DNA of 59,022 nt, counting the filler, from Ionaspis alba (Eukaryota): the NCBI GenBank assembly GCA_964255285.1. It is 7 parts of 7 records of this genome, joined end to end, with 100 filler letters (N's around TTAATTAATTAA, not from the genome) between each part and the next. Parts side by side here need not be neighbours in the genome. Positions count along the whole stretch, not along the records: positions 16,952 to 25,311 come from CAXUUL010000752.1; positions 25,412 to 33,754 come from CAXUUL010000753.1; positions 33,855 to 42,195 come from CAXUUL010000754.1; 4 more parts are not named here. The stretch is one strand, 5' to 3'. The notes under the pieces are model-generated. The model was not told the origin of the DNA, did not search any database, and worked only from the letters and a program-made list of their open reading frames with translations. A program made the translations under genes and the position numbers. Each line of letters opens with the position of its first letter. The first letter of the stretch is position 1. Below, piece after piece: positions 24,209 through 34,468 of the stretch.

Positions 24209-25200
24209 TCACATCCATCCTCCAATGAGTGGTATCCTCCGGTACAACTCATCATACCCCCTTCCCACCCAACCCACCGCCTTTCCTGCCCTCCCCACCA
24301 CTCCCAGTCCTCCCGCCATCCACAGTCCCGCAACCAGCGCCGCCAACCCATTGACTCCCCACCACCTCCGCCACTTCCTCGCAGCCCTATCCTCATCATC
24401 TCCCTCCCAACTCGCCAAATCCGGCGTCAACCCCAACCACTTCGCCCAGCCCCATGCAAGATGCCAACTCGCTACAGTCACATAGACCGCATACCCCGTA
24501 AACGCCAGCGCAGGATGTTTCGCAAATCCATGGGCCACATAGCCCAGTCCAACGCCCGAACTTCCTCCTTCTACCCAGAGCGGTAGGATGCGGTTCACGA
24601 ACACATGGCCCGCAAGTAGCGGTGTGAGGACGTAGCCCAGCGCGCTCGTCCCGCTGAGTTTTGGCCACGCGACTTTCCTCCGATCTGAGCGCGTCTCAGC
24701 GCCGTAGCGGGTGGCGGTGACGCGCCGGCGATAGATGCGGAGGGCGACGCCGGATGCGATGTGGAGGGTTAGGGGGGCGACGATTAGGAGAGGCTCGAGA
24801 AGGGGGGACTGGTAGTAGGGACGGGTGAGCAGCAGGTAGGTTTCTGAGGATTGGAGGGATTGTGTGGCGAGCGGGAGGAGGGAGGTGTTTGTTATGTGGG
24901 CGGCGAGGAAGAGGGTGAAGGTGTAGGAGGAGTAGCGGTGGATGCGGTTCACTTTGATGATGGTGTCAGCGAGTGAACAATGGGAGATGACGGCGAATGA
25001 AACGTACGCCACCACGGGGTAGTATGACCACTGAGGCCTAGGGAGGAGGAGGACGAGGTCAATGAAGGGCGGGATGGCGCATCCTGCTGAGGAAAGTATT
25101 CGCCTTTTTCGGTGCCAGACGGTGTATCTTCGACTGGAGAGGGTTCTAGCTCTTGCATTGATATCGGGCCAGGAGATGATGGTCTCTTTTCACGCGCCAT
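24209..25200 (-). CDS. DUF1691 mitochondrial membrane protein (Mcp1-like), 2 exons
   Basis: HRYSSYTFTLFLAAHITNT, YLLLTRPYYQ, HIASG, GHVFVNR, YVAHGF; several TM helices; intron ~24953-25008. Confidence 0.8.
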
Positions 25201-25411
25201 TGTGGTGGTTTCTCTCCCACTATTGGTGGAAGTAGCTGCAGAAATGCTGAAGGCTGCAAGATAATGCAAGATCCTAACGCCGGAGATAGGGTTTTGGAGC
25301 TATGACCACCANNNNNNNNNNNNNNNNNNNNNNNNNNNNNNNNNNNNNNNNNNNNTTAATTAATTAANNNNNNNNNNNNNNNNNNNNNNNNNNNNNNNNN
25401 NNNNNNNNNNN

Positions 25412-25737
25412 GCGGGGTTGAGGGGGGAGTCGCCGGTGGCTTCGAAGGGGTTGGTGGTGGTGGTGTCGCCGCTGATGCTGCTGGTGCGGGCGGTAGCGGA
25501 GAAGGTGGATTTTTCGGTGAGGGTGCGGGCTAGTTGGTGGATTTGATTGGAGTCCCGCGTGCTGATTTGGCGTTCGCGGCTATAGGGTGTGTCTTCGGGG
25601 GTCTTTTCGAGGGACTCGGGAGTTGCTGTTCCGGTGTCGGTGCTTTCTTCGGGGACGATGCCTTGTCTTGGGCTTGGGGCTCCAGCGTTGCGGGCTGTGC
25701 GGTCGTAGTTGACGGAGACGTTGCCGACGAGAGACAT
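25412..25737 (-). CDS. N-terminal fragment of a PDR-type ABC multidrug transporter, truncated by contig end
   Basis: IHQLARTLT...NPF...DSPLNP resembles the conserved pre-NBD N-terminus of fungal ABCG/PDR transporters; no ATP-binding domain is visible. Confidence 0.65.
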
Positions 25738-27306
25738 CTTGGATGTTCGGAAGGGAAGGTAGTAAGGTTAGGGAAGACCGTGTGTGCTATAGACAGGAGA
25801 AATCAGTAGTTGGTGAAGTGGTACATTCTCAACAAGCTAGCTCTCATGTATAGAGTATCTCGTGAGCTGTTTACTCGGGAAGTCGGGAACGATCACTCAA
25901 TTGAAAGAACAGTCAAGCTGAAGGGAAAGAGATGGAAGAGTTTAGTTTTTCAGTTCATTGAACTACCACCTAGCAATAACATCCCTAGACCCACGCCTAG
26001 GCCGATACTGACAAGCTGACATGACCATAATGCGGTCACTCCCGCCTGCACAACATTTACTCAATCAAACACCCAAGTGCATCGGTAAAACAACCTCCGA
26101 TACCACCGGATGCAGAAATTCGCGGATGACGATGCATAAAAATGCTTGGCAGGCGTTCGGTAAGTAAGCTGATAGCTGGAACCAGTGAAGCCCCTGTCCT
26201 TCTACTCTAGATGAGACCTCGTTTCGTGGGGATTGGCGTTTTTCTGCATAGTGAAGAGTTGGGGGTCTACGCCGCAGCATGGGACGGCAGCATGAGTAAG
26301 CCGATTACTTGTGATCCTTAAGCAACGAGAATTGCGTGTCGCTGCGGTGTCTGGCTCGCATGCCGAAGGCAGCGGGTAAGAGAATAGAGAACCGGTATTA
26401 TTCCGGATCGGATGAGCTGATCTAATGCACCCGGAACCGCCACGCGGCTTGGAGTAAAGTCCGATATGTCGGTATGCAGGCTACATGGACCACATACAGG
26501 ATAAGAATATTAATAAGCGTCCATAGCTACAGTATATTTTCAGAAGAAGATGAGATGAAGACCCGAAATGGGGCCGTCGGCTCCAAGTGGTTAAGGTTTG
26601 TGCAATTTATGCATGATGCCGGAGTGGCGGGTGCGAATTGATTGTGGCCGAGCATAATTAGCAGTATTACTAGCTAATCATGCCTATGAAGCGGCTAATT
26701 TTCGAGGTTTGAATCTTAAAAAGTTAGAAAGGAATATTCGGACAAAAAGGTTCAAGTAGATATAAGTATCAAGTAGCGATGAAGAGCCAGGTCGTCATGA
26801 AAATTCGTGCATCATACTGTCGAGAATCTGCATTGTTGTGCTAATGCTATACAACCATCTCATCATCTCGGGTAATCCTTCCACTTCCTGTCTGAGGCTT
26901 CCTATCAGGCTTGTTGTAAGGCTAACTGCCAAAGTCTCTCGTACCAATAATGAAACCTCTATGCGGAGCGCTGAGGCTTTCTCTGCGACGATTTTTTGAT
27001 ATCACCGGCTTGGAAAGGCACTTCCTATATTAGAAGGGTGCTCATGTTGGTTCCTAGATGCGCATTTTGCTTGCTTTTACAGCGTATATTGAACACTACC
27101 TTGGATGTACAACGACAGACCTTTTGATCCACCTTATATGGCATGTTCTTATATGAGCTCTTTCGTCAAATGTTTCTTGACATTAACATCATGTCATTGA
27201 TTCTTGTGCACTGATTGCGGTGCATTCTACTTGTACAAATGATGAAGTCTATTCCGCCGCGCCTTTCCCTTCCTCATTTCCAACATAAACGCTATCATAT
27301 ACAAAG

Positions 27307-29448
27307 ATGGCAAACTACGCCCAAAACCTGCCCATCGAGCTCATCCGCGAGATAGTCAACTACATCGACCCCTCACACATCTACAACGCCACCACCATTT
27401 GTCGCCTCTGGCACGAAGCAACTAAGGACATCGTATACGCAAAGCTCAAAGACCTAGACACCAATTTTGCCATTCATCACCGTAACGGTCAGGAATATGC
27501 CGAGCGCCTGATAATCGAGGCTCGGCATGCGAAGACCTTGGCTGGGAAATGGCGTTTCGTGGTCTCCAGGCAACTGTCGTGGTTTCAGGCAGCGCACCAC
27601 ACAGTTCATTGCGTTGTGGGGAGTCCTTCACAAGACGGTGCCAGGTACACCGCTTCCAAGATCTTTGCATCTACAGATGGGCGAGTGTTGCTCCGAAGCA
27701 GTGAGCGAGAAGGCCGATTGAAAAATGAACTATTCGCAACCGATGATCTTCGATCAGTCGTACAGATCTCACCCCGGAACTTCTACCGACGCCGTTTAGC
27801 CATCTTTGCTCGTCGTCCAGATATCAGCTACCAGGGTTTCGAAGTCATCGCCGAAGACCTTAGACCCTCGTACCTTCTAACCTTGCCTTCGACTTCCCGC
27901 CTGGTGGACGTTTCTTTCATATCAAGCGTCGAGGGGACAGTCCCCGTCCCCGGTGATGCTACGCGTGCGAGATTGGAGAAGTCCGAACGGCCACTTCATG
28001 GCTCCGCAAAGGATCTGTACACGCCGATATTCGATATTGCCATGTTAGCAGCTGATAGACAAGTCATGATATCGACCGTCATTTTGAAGTACTCGCGTTC
28101 GATGCGACGTGCCCTACGCACCTTTTCTAGTCGCTTGGGGCAATCCGTTGTCATACCATATGTGAATATGTGGAAGCGACTTTCCGAAGGTGTAAGACAC
28201 TGGGATGGAAGGTACAGCGAGTTGACCAGATGTGACAGTTTTGTGTACAGCTGGTTCACGAAAGCCCCCGGCACCGCGGTGGATGTATGTCGCGGGAGGT
28301 CTGAGCCAACTGCTATCTTGCTAAATGCTACGCAATCCGTCACATTGGTAGCTTGCCGCGAAGGTATCGAAATCCTCTTCCTGTCATTCGATGGTGGCTG
28401 GCCAGGCGAGAGCTTGGGCAAAGCCGGCAGGAGGTGGGTCGGCTTCGACAATCCAGGACCCGAAAAGATCATCGCCATGGTCCACTGCAGACCAGGAGCG
28501 ATATTAATCACCCGAGCATCCACAGCTACGGAGAGCTCCTCCAACCCTACGGAACGATCCACCGGACTCCTGAACTTCCCACTTGCCACATGGCAGCTCG
28601 TTCTGAAAGAACCACTCTCGGATCCTTTCTTCAGCTATCAATACGACACCGTCCCCTACACCGCCGAATTCACCTCGCTTCATGAACCAGAAACCTGCAT
28701 CTCCCAATGGCTCGAGTCGCTGACCTTGGTCGCACACACTCAACACGAATTCATCGCCTGGGATCCATGGGGCGAAGTCGTCAAAATGGTGTCAATCCGA
28801 CTGGGTGAATTCTCAAAAGGCCGTGCCTACAACATCATGCAGCTCGAAAAAGTGATTTCCGATCTCGCGACTCCGAAACCTGTAGCACTCGCGGGAACTG
28901 TATATCACTCTGAACGACAATGGACGTCCTTTGATTGCTATGAGCTCAAAAGCAGCTCCTACATCGCCGTAGCGGCATACCGCATTGCACCACTATCTGT
29001 CCTTGGGGTGATGCGGACGATTCATAATGAATTAGCACTGGATACCGCTGCCAACGCGGGCATTGTCGAGGATATCTACCTCGCCGAGTATCAAGGCAAA
29101 GCCGTGACCGAGATCATCGACAATGGTCATGGTGTCACTGTCGAACCCCACTACATCATATCCATTCGCTCGATGAAGGGTATTGCGTTCCTGCGACTCG
29201 ATAACCGGAAATCGAACAAGCGAGCAGGTATCAAGAAATATAAGGGAGCAGATGTCGACTTTTTGGTGCTCGTTATCGGTTTGCACGGTGGGAATGAGGT
29301 TATTGTTAAGTACTTGGTCAAAGCTATCAGGCCGGCGCTCTGTGGAGGAAAGAAAGAGGTTTGGAGGGTTAAGGGGGAGACGATGATTAGAGATGGGGAT
29401 AGGAACCCACCGATCACATGGAGGTATAATGATTATAGGGCTTGGTGA
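27307..29448 (+). CDS. F-box protein with unassigned ~650-aa C-terminal region, intronless
   Basis: 713-aa ORF; NLPIELIREIVNYI...ATTICRLWHEA F-box motif. Confidence 0.75.
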   Translation: MANYAQNLPIELIREIVNYIDPSHIYNATTICRLWHEATKDIVYAKLKDLDTNFAIHHRNGQEYAERLIIEARHAKTLAGKWRFVVSRQLSWFQAAHHTVHCVVGSPSQDGARYTASKIFASTDGRVLLRSSEREGRLKNELFATDDLRSVVQISPRNFYRRRLAIFARRPDISYQGFEVIAEDLRPSYLLTLPSTSRLVDVSFISSVEGTVPVPGDATRARLEKSERPLHGSAKDLYTPIFDIAMLAADRQVMISTVILKYSRSMRRALRTFSSRLGQSVVIPYVNMWKRLSEGVRHWDGRYSELTRCDSFVYSWFTKAPGTAVDVCRGRSEPTAILLNATQSVTLVACREGIEILFLSFDGGWPGESLGKAGRRWVGFDNPGPEKIIAMVHCRPGAILITRASTATESSSNPTERSTGLLNFPLATWQLVLKEPLSDPFFSYQYDTVPYTAEFTSLHEPETCISQWLESLTLVAHTQHEFIAWDPWGEVVKMVSIRLGEFSKGRAYNIMQLEKVISDLATPKPVALAGTVYHSERQWTSFDCYELKSSSYIAVAAYRIAPLSVLGVMRTIHNELALDTAANAGIVEDIYLAEYQGKAVTEIIDNGHGVTVEPHYIISIRSMKGIAFLRLDNRKSNKRAGIKKYKGADVDFLVLVIGLHGGNEVIVKYLVKAIRPALCGGKKEVWRVKGETMIRDGDRNPPITWRYNDYRAW

Positions 29449-29992
29449 GGTAACAAGAGGCTGGTGAGAGCGACGTATCGGACTCGAAATTTCCTGGAGG
29501 ACTTCAAGATTGGACTATGTTCTTACGTTGGAGCTGCCATTGAGACCGAGCGCAACCGGTGACCATAGTGGGAGCCTATCGTCAATACTCGAAAAGTTAT
29601 CGAACGGTGCGTAGTAAAAGACACTGTCTCGAGATATGCACCCTGCTTGGATTCAAGTCGGGTGGACAGAAATCGTTGCCGAGCGTAATATAATTAGCGA
29701 GGTATTGAGTCTACGGGGCTCCCGTCAGGTGAGACAGGTGCTTTCAATAGAGGATGAGTTCCCCAGGGCCTCGCCTTCTTGGTATCGTGCTCGGCAACGA
29801 TTTCTGTGCACCCGCATCGTCCAGGCCGCTGGGCACGCTTAGATCTTGGCGGGCATAACGGGCACGACGTCATTACGGATATTTTATGGCCCCACTAACA
29901 GCGATTTGTGTCTTTCAACAACAACTCCGATTGTAATTCCTGAACGGGATCATCCAAAAACACTAGATCTTCTACTATCATCTGTCAGAATT

Positions 29993-30538
29993 ATGTCGGG
30001 AACTTCATCCGTGGGCCAAGGCTCTGTCTACGAGGCCGGTGACCAGCGCAATGTTCCGCAGTCAGAAATTAAAGACGCGGAGAGGTACAATGAGGGGAAA
30101 GAGCATTCGCACAAGAGCACTGACTCTAGTACGTATTGCTACAGCCGATATCCCACCTTGCTGACTTGGTCACACGTTTTTGGGAACATTGACTTACAAT
30201 ACTACAGAGGACGAGCGCTCCATCGCCAATCGTCTAGCCAATGAAGAGGTAGCACCTTCTCCTCCTGTCCTCTTCACTCAACAAACAACACTGACGAAAT
30301 TTCATTGCCAGAAAAAGAAGGACAAAGACGAGGACAGTTTAGAGACCAAGCAATCGAAGAAGGATCCTACACTACCGGTGAGTCTCGCACTTGAGCGTGC
30401 TTTAGCAGGCTTTGTGACAACGGGCTGACGGCGTGGCAGGCACGCAGTCACGGAAATGAGCCTTCGAAAGGTGCGAAGATCGATGCTGAGATCCAGGCCG
30501 AGGAGGAGGAGGAGCTGAGGAAGAAGGGGAAGAAGTGA
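29993..30538 (+). CDS. Small highly hydrophilic conserved fungal protein (~113 aa, 4 exons)
   Basis: Splices to MSGTSSVGQGSVYEAGDQRN...DSKDERSIANRLANEE...KDPTLPARSHGNEPSKGAKIDAEIQAEEEEELRKKGKK; three canonical introns. Confidence 0.8.
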
Positions 30539-30760
30539 GCGGGATGTGGAAGCCATGAATATGGATCACATAAATCTTGGCTCATTGGCTGCACTGAACG
30601 GCATTCTGTGTGAAAGCATTGAGCTTGCGATAAGGGTCATTTAGATGCAGCTAGTGGAATGCAGAACCAGGCTTCCCCGAAGAAGGATCCATCGAGTCGC
30701 GTGACCTTTTGAAGAAGTTTGTCCATCGATATAAAATCTTCAGAGACCGGGGGCGCTAGT

Positions 30761-31540
30761 TCAGTGTACTTGTTCACGTGAATTCGGTTGAGCGATCTTG
30801 CCAGAACGAATCAAGACTCTCAATTCCTGTAGCGGCGGAATACTTTCAAGCATTCCTTCGGCCAACCTGTCCCACAGAATACCACAAGTAGGCTTCTTAG
30901 CCGCAGTCACCTCAATGATGGTGGTGGGAGTAACGACGAGATCACAAACAGTATCGAACTCTTCAGGTACCAATTCCTCTTCTAGCACCTGGAAATCATG
31001 GACAAAAGCTACCGTCTTTGTCTCCAATGTGACAGTGCCAAGCGTGAAGAGCATGCCCCATTCCAGATCAAAGAATCCATGGCCCTTTCCAAAGCGGACA
31101 CCTTTGTGATTGATTGCTCCAGTGCCTGTCACCATCAGATCCACACGGATGCCCGATCTTTTTATTTCAATGAGGTCCAGCGGACGGGCAGACTTCTCCA
31201 TACCATCTAGTGTAGAGGCATATTCGAATTTCGAAGGATGGATGTCGTCAGGGTCAAGCATCCAGAAGCCTCTCCTGATAGCATACGTGGTCATAAGTAT
31301 TTTCTTTCCATCCTGAAGAGATCTCAGTCGCAAATTCTCGAGGCAATTGTCAGGCGTGATGAAGATGGTCTGCGCAGATTTATAGCATTCCAGCACCGTA
31401 AGTCTTTGTGTAGCCTCCTCAGAACCTGAGAAATCGGCGATGAACTCGCCGAAGTCGTAGTGGAACCGCGAGTCTGGATATGCGACTTTTCGCAGTTCCG
31501 ACCAGACCTTCTCACGGACAGTAGACTTGTGGTCCTCCAT
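30761..31540 (-). CDS. 5-formyltetrahydrofolate cyclo-ligase paralog, COG0212/MTHFSD type, intronless (259 aa)
   Basis: REKVW, IADFSGS, FITPDN, VDLMVTG, GVRFGKGHGFFDLEWGML, VHDFQV, DLVVTPT, GILW, IPPLQEL parallel the MTHFSD/COG0212 motifs rather than canonical Fau1. Confidence 0.85.
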   Translation of the reverse strand: MEDHKSTVREKVWSELRKVAYPDSRFHYDFGEFIADFSGSEEATQRLTVLECYKSAQTIFITPDNCLENLRLRSLQDGKKILMTTYAIRRGFWMLDPDDIHPSKFEYASTLDGMEKSARPLDLIEIKRSGIRVDLMVTGTGAINHKGVRFGKGHGFFDLEWGMLFTLGTVTLETKTVAFVHDFQVLEEELVPEEFDTVCDLVVTPTTIIEVTAAKKPTCGILWDRLAEGMLESIPPLQELRVLIRSGKIAQPNSREQVH

Positions 31541-31851
31541 GCTGGATGTACATCGAATAAAAATCCATCCTGTACGACGACATACCAGGGTCTTGCTTCC
31601 TCGGCATTGCTCAAGTCGGAGGAAAATGCCGTTGAAGATCCCTTTAGCGCGGCTCCAACCGGAATGCTTATCACGCCCTAAACCCAATGCACAACTTCCG
31701 AACCTCCACCTCCCTATCAATCCACCGCACTACAAGTCCCTAGCCGTTTTCTCGTGCTACAATACAAAAATCCTAGCAAACACGATGGCCTCTCCAATCC
31801 CTCCCTCGTCGCCAGCTCCTCCGCTTCCCCTCCCATCCTCACCACCTTACC

Positions 31852-33630
31852 ATGGCCTCCATCACAGACTCCGCCTCCGACGACAAACACCCCCACAACG
31901 CCTCGGATGAAGGGAAGAAGCGAGAAGCAGAATGGCGACCTGCCAGCCGCGATGACTCGGCGTTGGCAATCCTGCAGCATATCAAGCAGGTGGATCAGCA
32001 CCATCCCGTGCATTGGCCGAGCTGGAAGAAGTGGTATATCGTCAGCGCGTACTGCTTGCTGCAGATTTTCGTGACCTTGACCTCGACGTCGTATGTCTCG
32101 GTGGAGTTCTTGATCGCGGAGCAGTTGGGAGGAAGTCAGCAAGTCATTACGCTGGGGCAGTCGTTGTTTATTGTGGGGAATGCGGTTGGGCCTGCGGTGC
32201 TGGGGCCGTTGTCGTGAGTGAGATGATGTGGAAAGAATGCGGGAGTTGTGTCTGACGGAATCTAGTGATATTGGAGGGCGGAAATGGGTTTATGTGGGCT
32301 CGATTTTGATGTATGCAATCTTGAATATTGTACGACCATGACGACCATTCAATCTTGTCCACAGGAAGCTTACAAGTGTTAGGGCTCTGCGAAAGCGCTC
32401 AATCTCCCTATGCTCATCATCTTCCAATTCCTCTGCGGCGCGGCAGGCAGCACAGCGCTCTCCAACGTCGCCGGCACAATCGCGGACCTCTTCGGCTCGT
32501 CCGATATCTCGGGCCAGGCAATGGCGCTCTTCGTGTGGTCCGCGAACGTGGGGCCTAGCATTGGAAGTCCTATCGGCGAGCTGATTGCCGACAACGAGAA
32601 TATGGGGCTTCCTTGGGTCTTCTGGATCAAGTGAGACTGCTAGATCCTGTTTTTTTTCTAGACGTGGAAGGCTGACCGCCCACTCCCGCAGTGTCATCAT
32701 CGGCGCCATCTTCGCAGCTGCCATGTGCTTCATCCCCGAAACCCTACCTCGAATCGTGATTGCCCGCGAAGCCCGAAAGACGCACGATCTCAATCCCGAC
32801 GAAATCGTCATTATGGAGTCGAAAGTCAATGTCCTGCATCAGATCCGATTCATCACGACTATGGCGCTGAAAATCATGGTCACCGAGCCCATTGTCGCGT
32901 TCCTGGCCGTCTACAACGGGTTTGCCTACGGTCTGCTGTTCCTGTACCTGGATGGAGTGTTCGCGGTCTTCGTCGTCAATAATGGTCTTAGCTACCTGAG
33001 TGCTGATCTCACGTACCTCAATTTTGTGGTTGGCGTTACGATTATGTTCCTCTTTATGCCGGTCCAGACCTACCTGTTCAAGCGGGATCGGCTGAAGAGA
33101 GGTGGGCAAGGACGGCCGGAAGCCAGGTTCTTGACGTCGCTGGTTACGGTCTGGGGATTCCCGCTGTCGCTTTTCTGGTTCGCGTTCACGTCCGATGGGA
33201 ATACTTCGTTCTGGTCGCCGGTTGTGGCGGGTGCTGTGCTGGGGTTTTCGGATCCGTTGCTGTATTTGAGCATGTTGAATTACATCACTGGTGAGTATTG
33301 ATGTACCACACCAGAACGTTCAAGTGCTGATAGTTGGCCCCAAATAGATGCCTACCCAAACGTTGCGGCGTCAGCGATCGCCGCATTCTTGATCCCTTCG
33401 TTTGTCGTGGCCGCGGCTTTCGCACATATCGGTGAGCTACGATCATCACTGATTATAGCTTTGGGAAGACTAATATACAAACAGGTATTGTCATGTTCGC
33501 CAATATGACCAGCACATGGGCATTCGCCACTTTGGCGTTCATCTCTCTACCGCTTGTCGCTCTTGTCTACGTACTCTATTTCTTCGGACCTGCGATTAGG
33601 AGGAGGTCAAAGCTTGCTAGTACATTCTAG
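31852..33630 (+). CDS. MFS DHA1-family transporter, Bsu1-like (vitamin B6/pyrimidine uptake-like), 6 exons
   Basis: HPVHWPSWKKW, GPLSDIGGRK, GTIADLF, FIPETL, PEARFL, YITDAYP, RRSKLA; five canonical introns. The Bsu1-like subfamily call is from recalled similarity and is unverified. Confidence 0.85.
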
Positions 33631-33854
33631 ATTAGATATCACGTTTCTCCGCATTGTTTGGAGGTTTGAGCATATTGATACAACAGATTCCTATTCCAGC
33701 AGTCATCTAAAGAGCATACACTTGGACTTCATGGTTTGAAGCTTGATAGCTCATNNNNNNNNNNNNNNNNNNNNNNNNNNNNNNNNNNNNNNNNNNNNTT
33801 AATTAATTAANNNNNNNNNNNNNNNNNNNNNNNNNNNNNNNNNNNNNNNNNNNN

Positions 33855-34149
33855 GGGCGTTCGTTGCCGGAACGGGGGGTGGGACATTACGATTCGTGGG
33901 CAGCAGGGCTGGAGTTTGGGTGTCTTGAATCTGTCTGGATGGATTCAACAATTGGTCAGGAAACTTCGTCATCTACGTGGTGCATTATTTCATGCTCTGC
34001 AGTGCGACTTCCCCATCAACCACTTCAACACCCCCACCATTCACTTTAAATCCCGGGTTCTTCGAATCTTTGATCACTCATACACCTCTCTACCACGCCT
34101 CTACCGAATGCCGTGCTTTCCCTTCCCAACTACCCAACGACCTACTTAC
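33855..34149 (-). CDS. Probable 5' end of a gene truncated by contig end (MSHPPFRQRTP..., ATG 33887) preceded by a 215-nt intron 33935-34149
   Basis: GTAAGT donor, CCTGAC branch and CAG acceptor on the minus strand, then an ATG; product unidentifiable. Confidence 0.35.
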
Positions 34150-34451
34150 ATGCATACCAAAGCACCACAATCCCTCCTCCCGAGAGCAACTCGCACGCGT
34201 GGGGGGGAAGCGGGGCTGGGAATGAGCGGTACAGAGAGCGAGGGAGAGAAGAGCGCTCCTTTGTAGAAACCCGAGGACGCGCGATGCAAGCATCCATATC
34301 CTCCGGGTAGCGTGCGCGAGCTAAGTGTTTCGGAGCTGCGTCTGCAGGCGAGTACATACATACATAAGTGGGGTGCTTTGTGCTTTGTGCTACGCTGCGT
34401 CATGCTTCAATGCTTTCCGAAGGTAGGCTTTTGGAATAATGGTTGCTCGAT

Positions 34452-34468
34452 TAGATAGATAGATAGAT
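34452..34468. repeat. (TAGA)4 microsatellite
   Basis: tagatagatagatagat. Confidence 0.8.

Noticed and set aside
26571..26650. tRNA-like segment (AAGTGGTTAAGG ... GGGTGCGAAT)
   Set aside because: T-loop lacks TTC, the T and acceptor stems pair poorly and the anticodon loop is non-canonical; chance or a very decayed remnant. tRNAscan-SE would settle it.
31541..31851. TPP riboswitch expected for a thiamine-related locus
   Set aside because: No GCTGAGA / TGAT..GATAAT..AGCG aptamer core found in the promoter or in the MFS introns.
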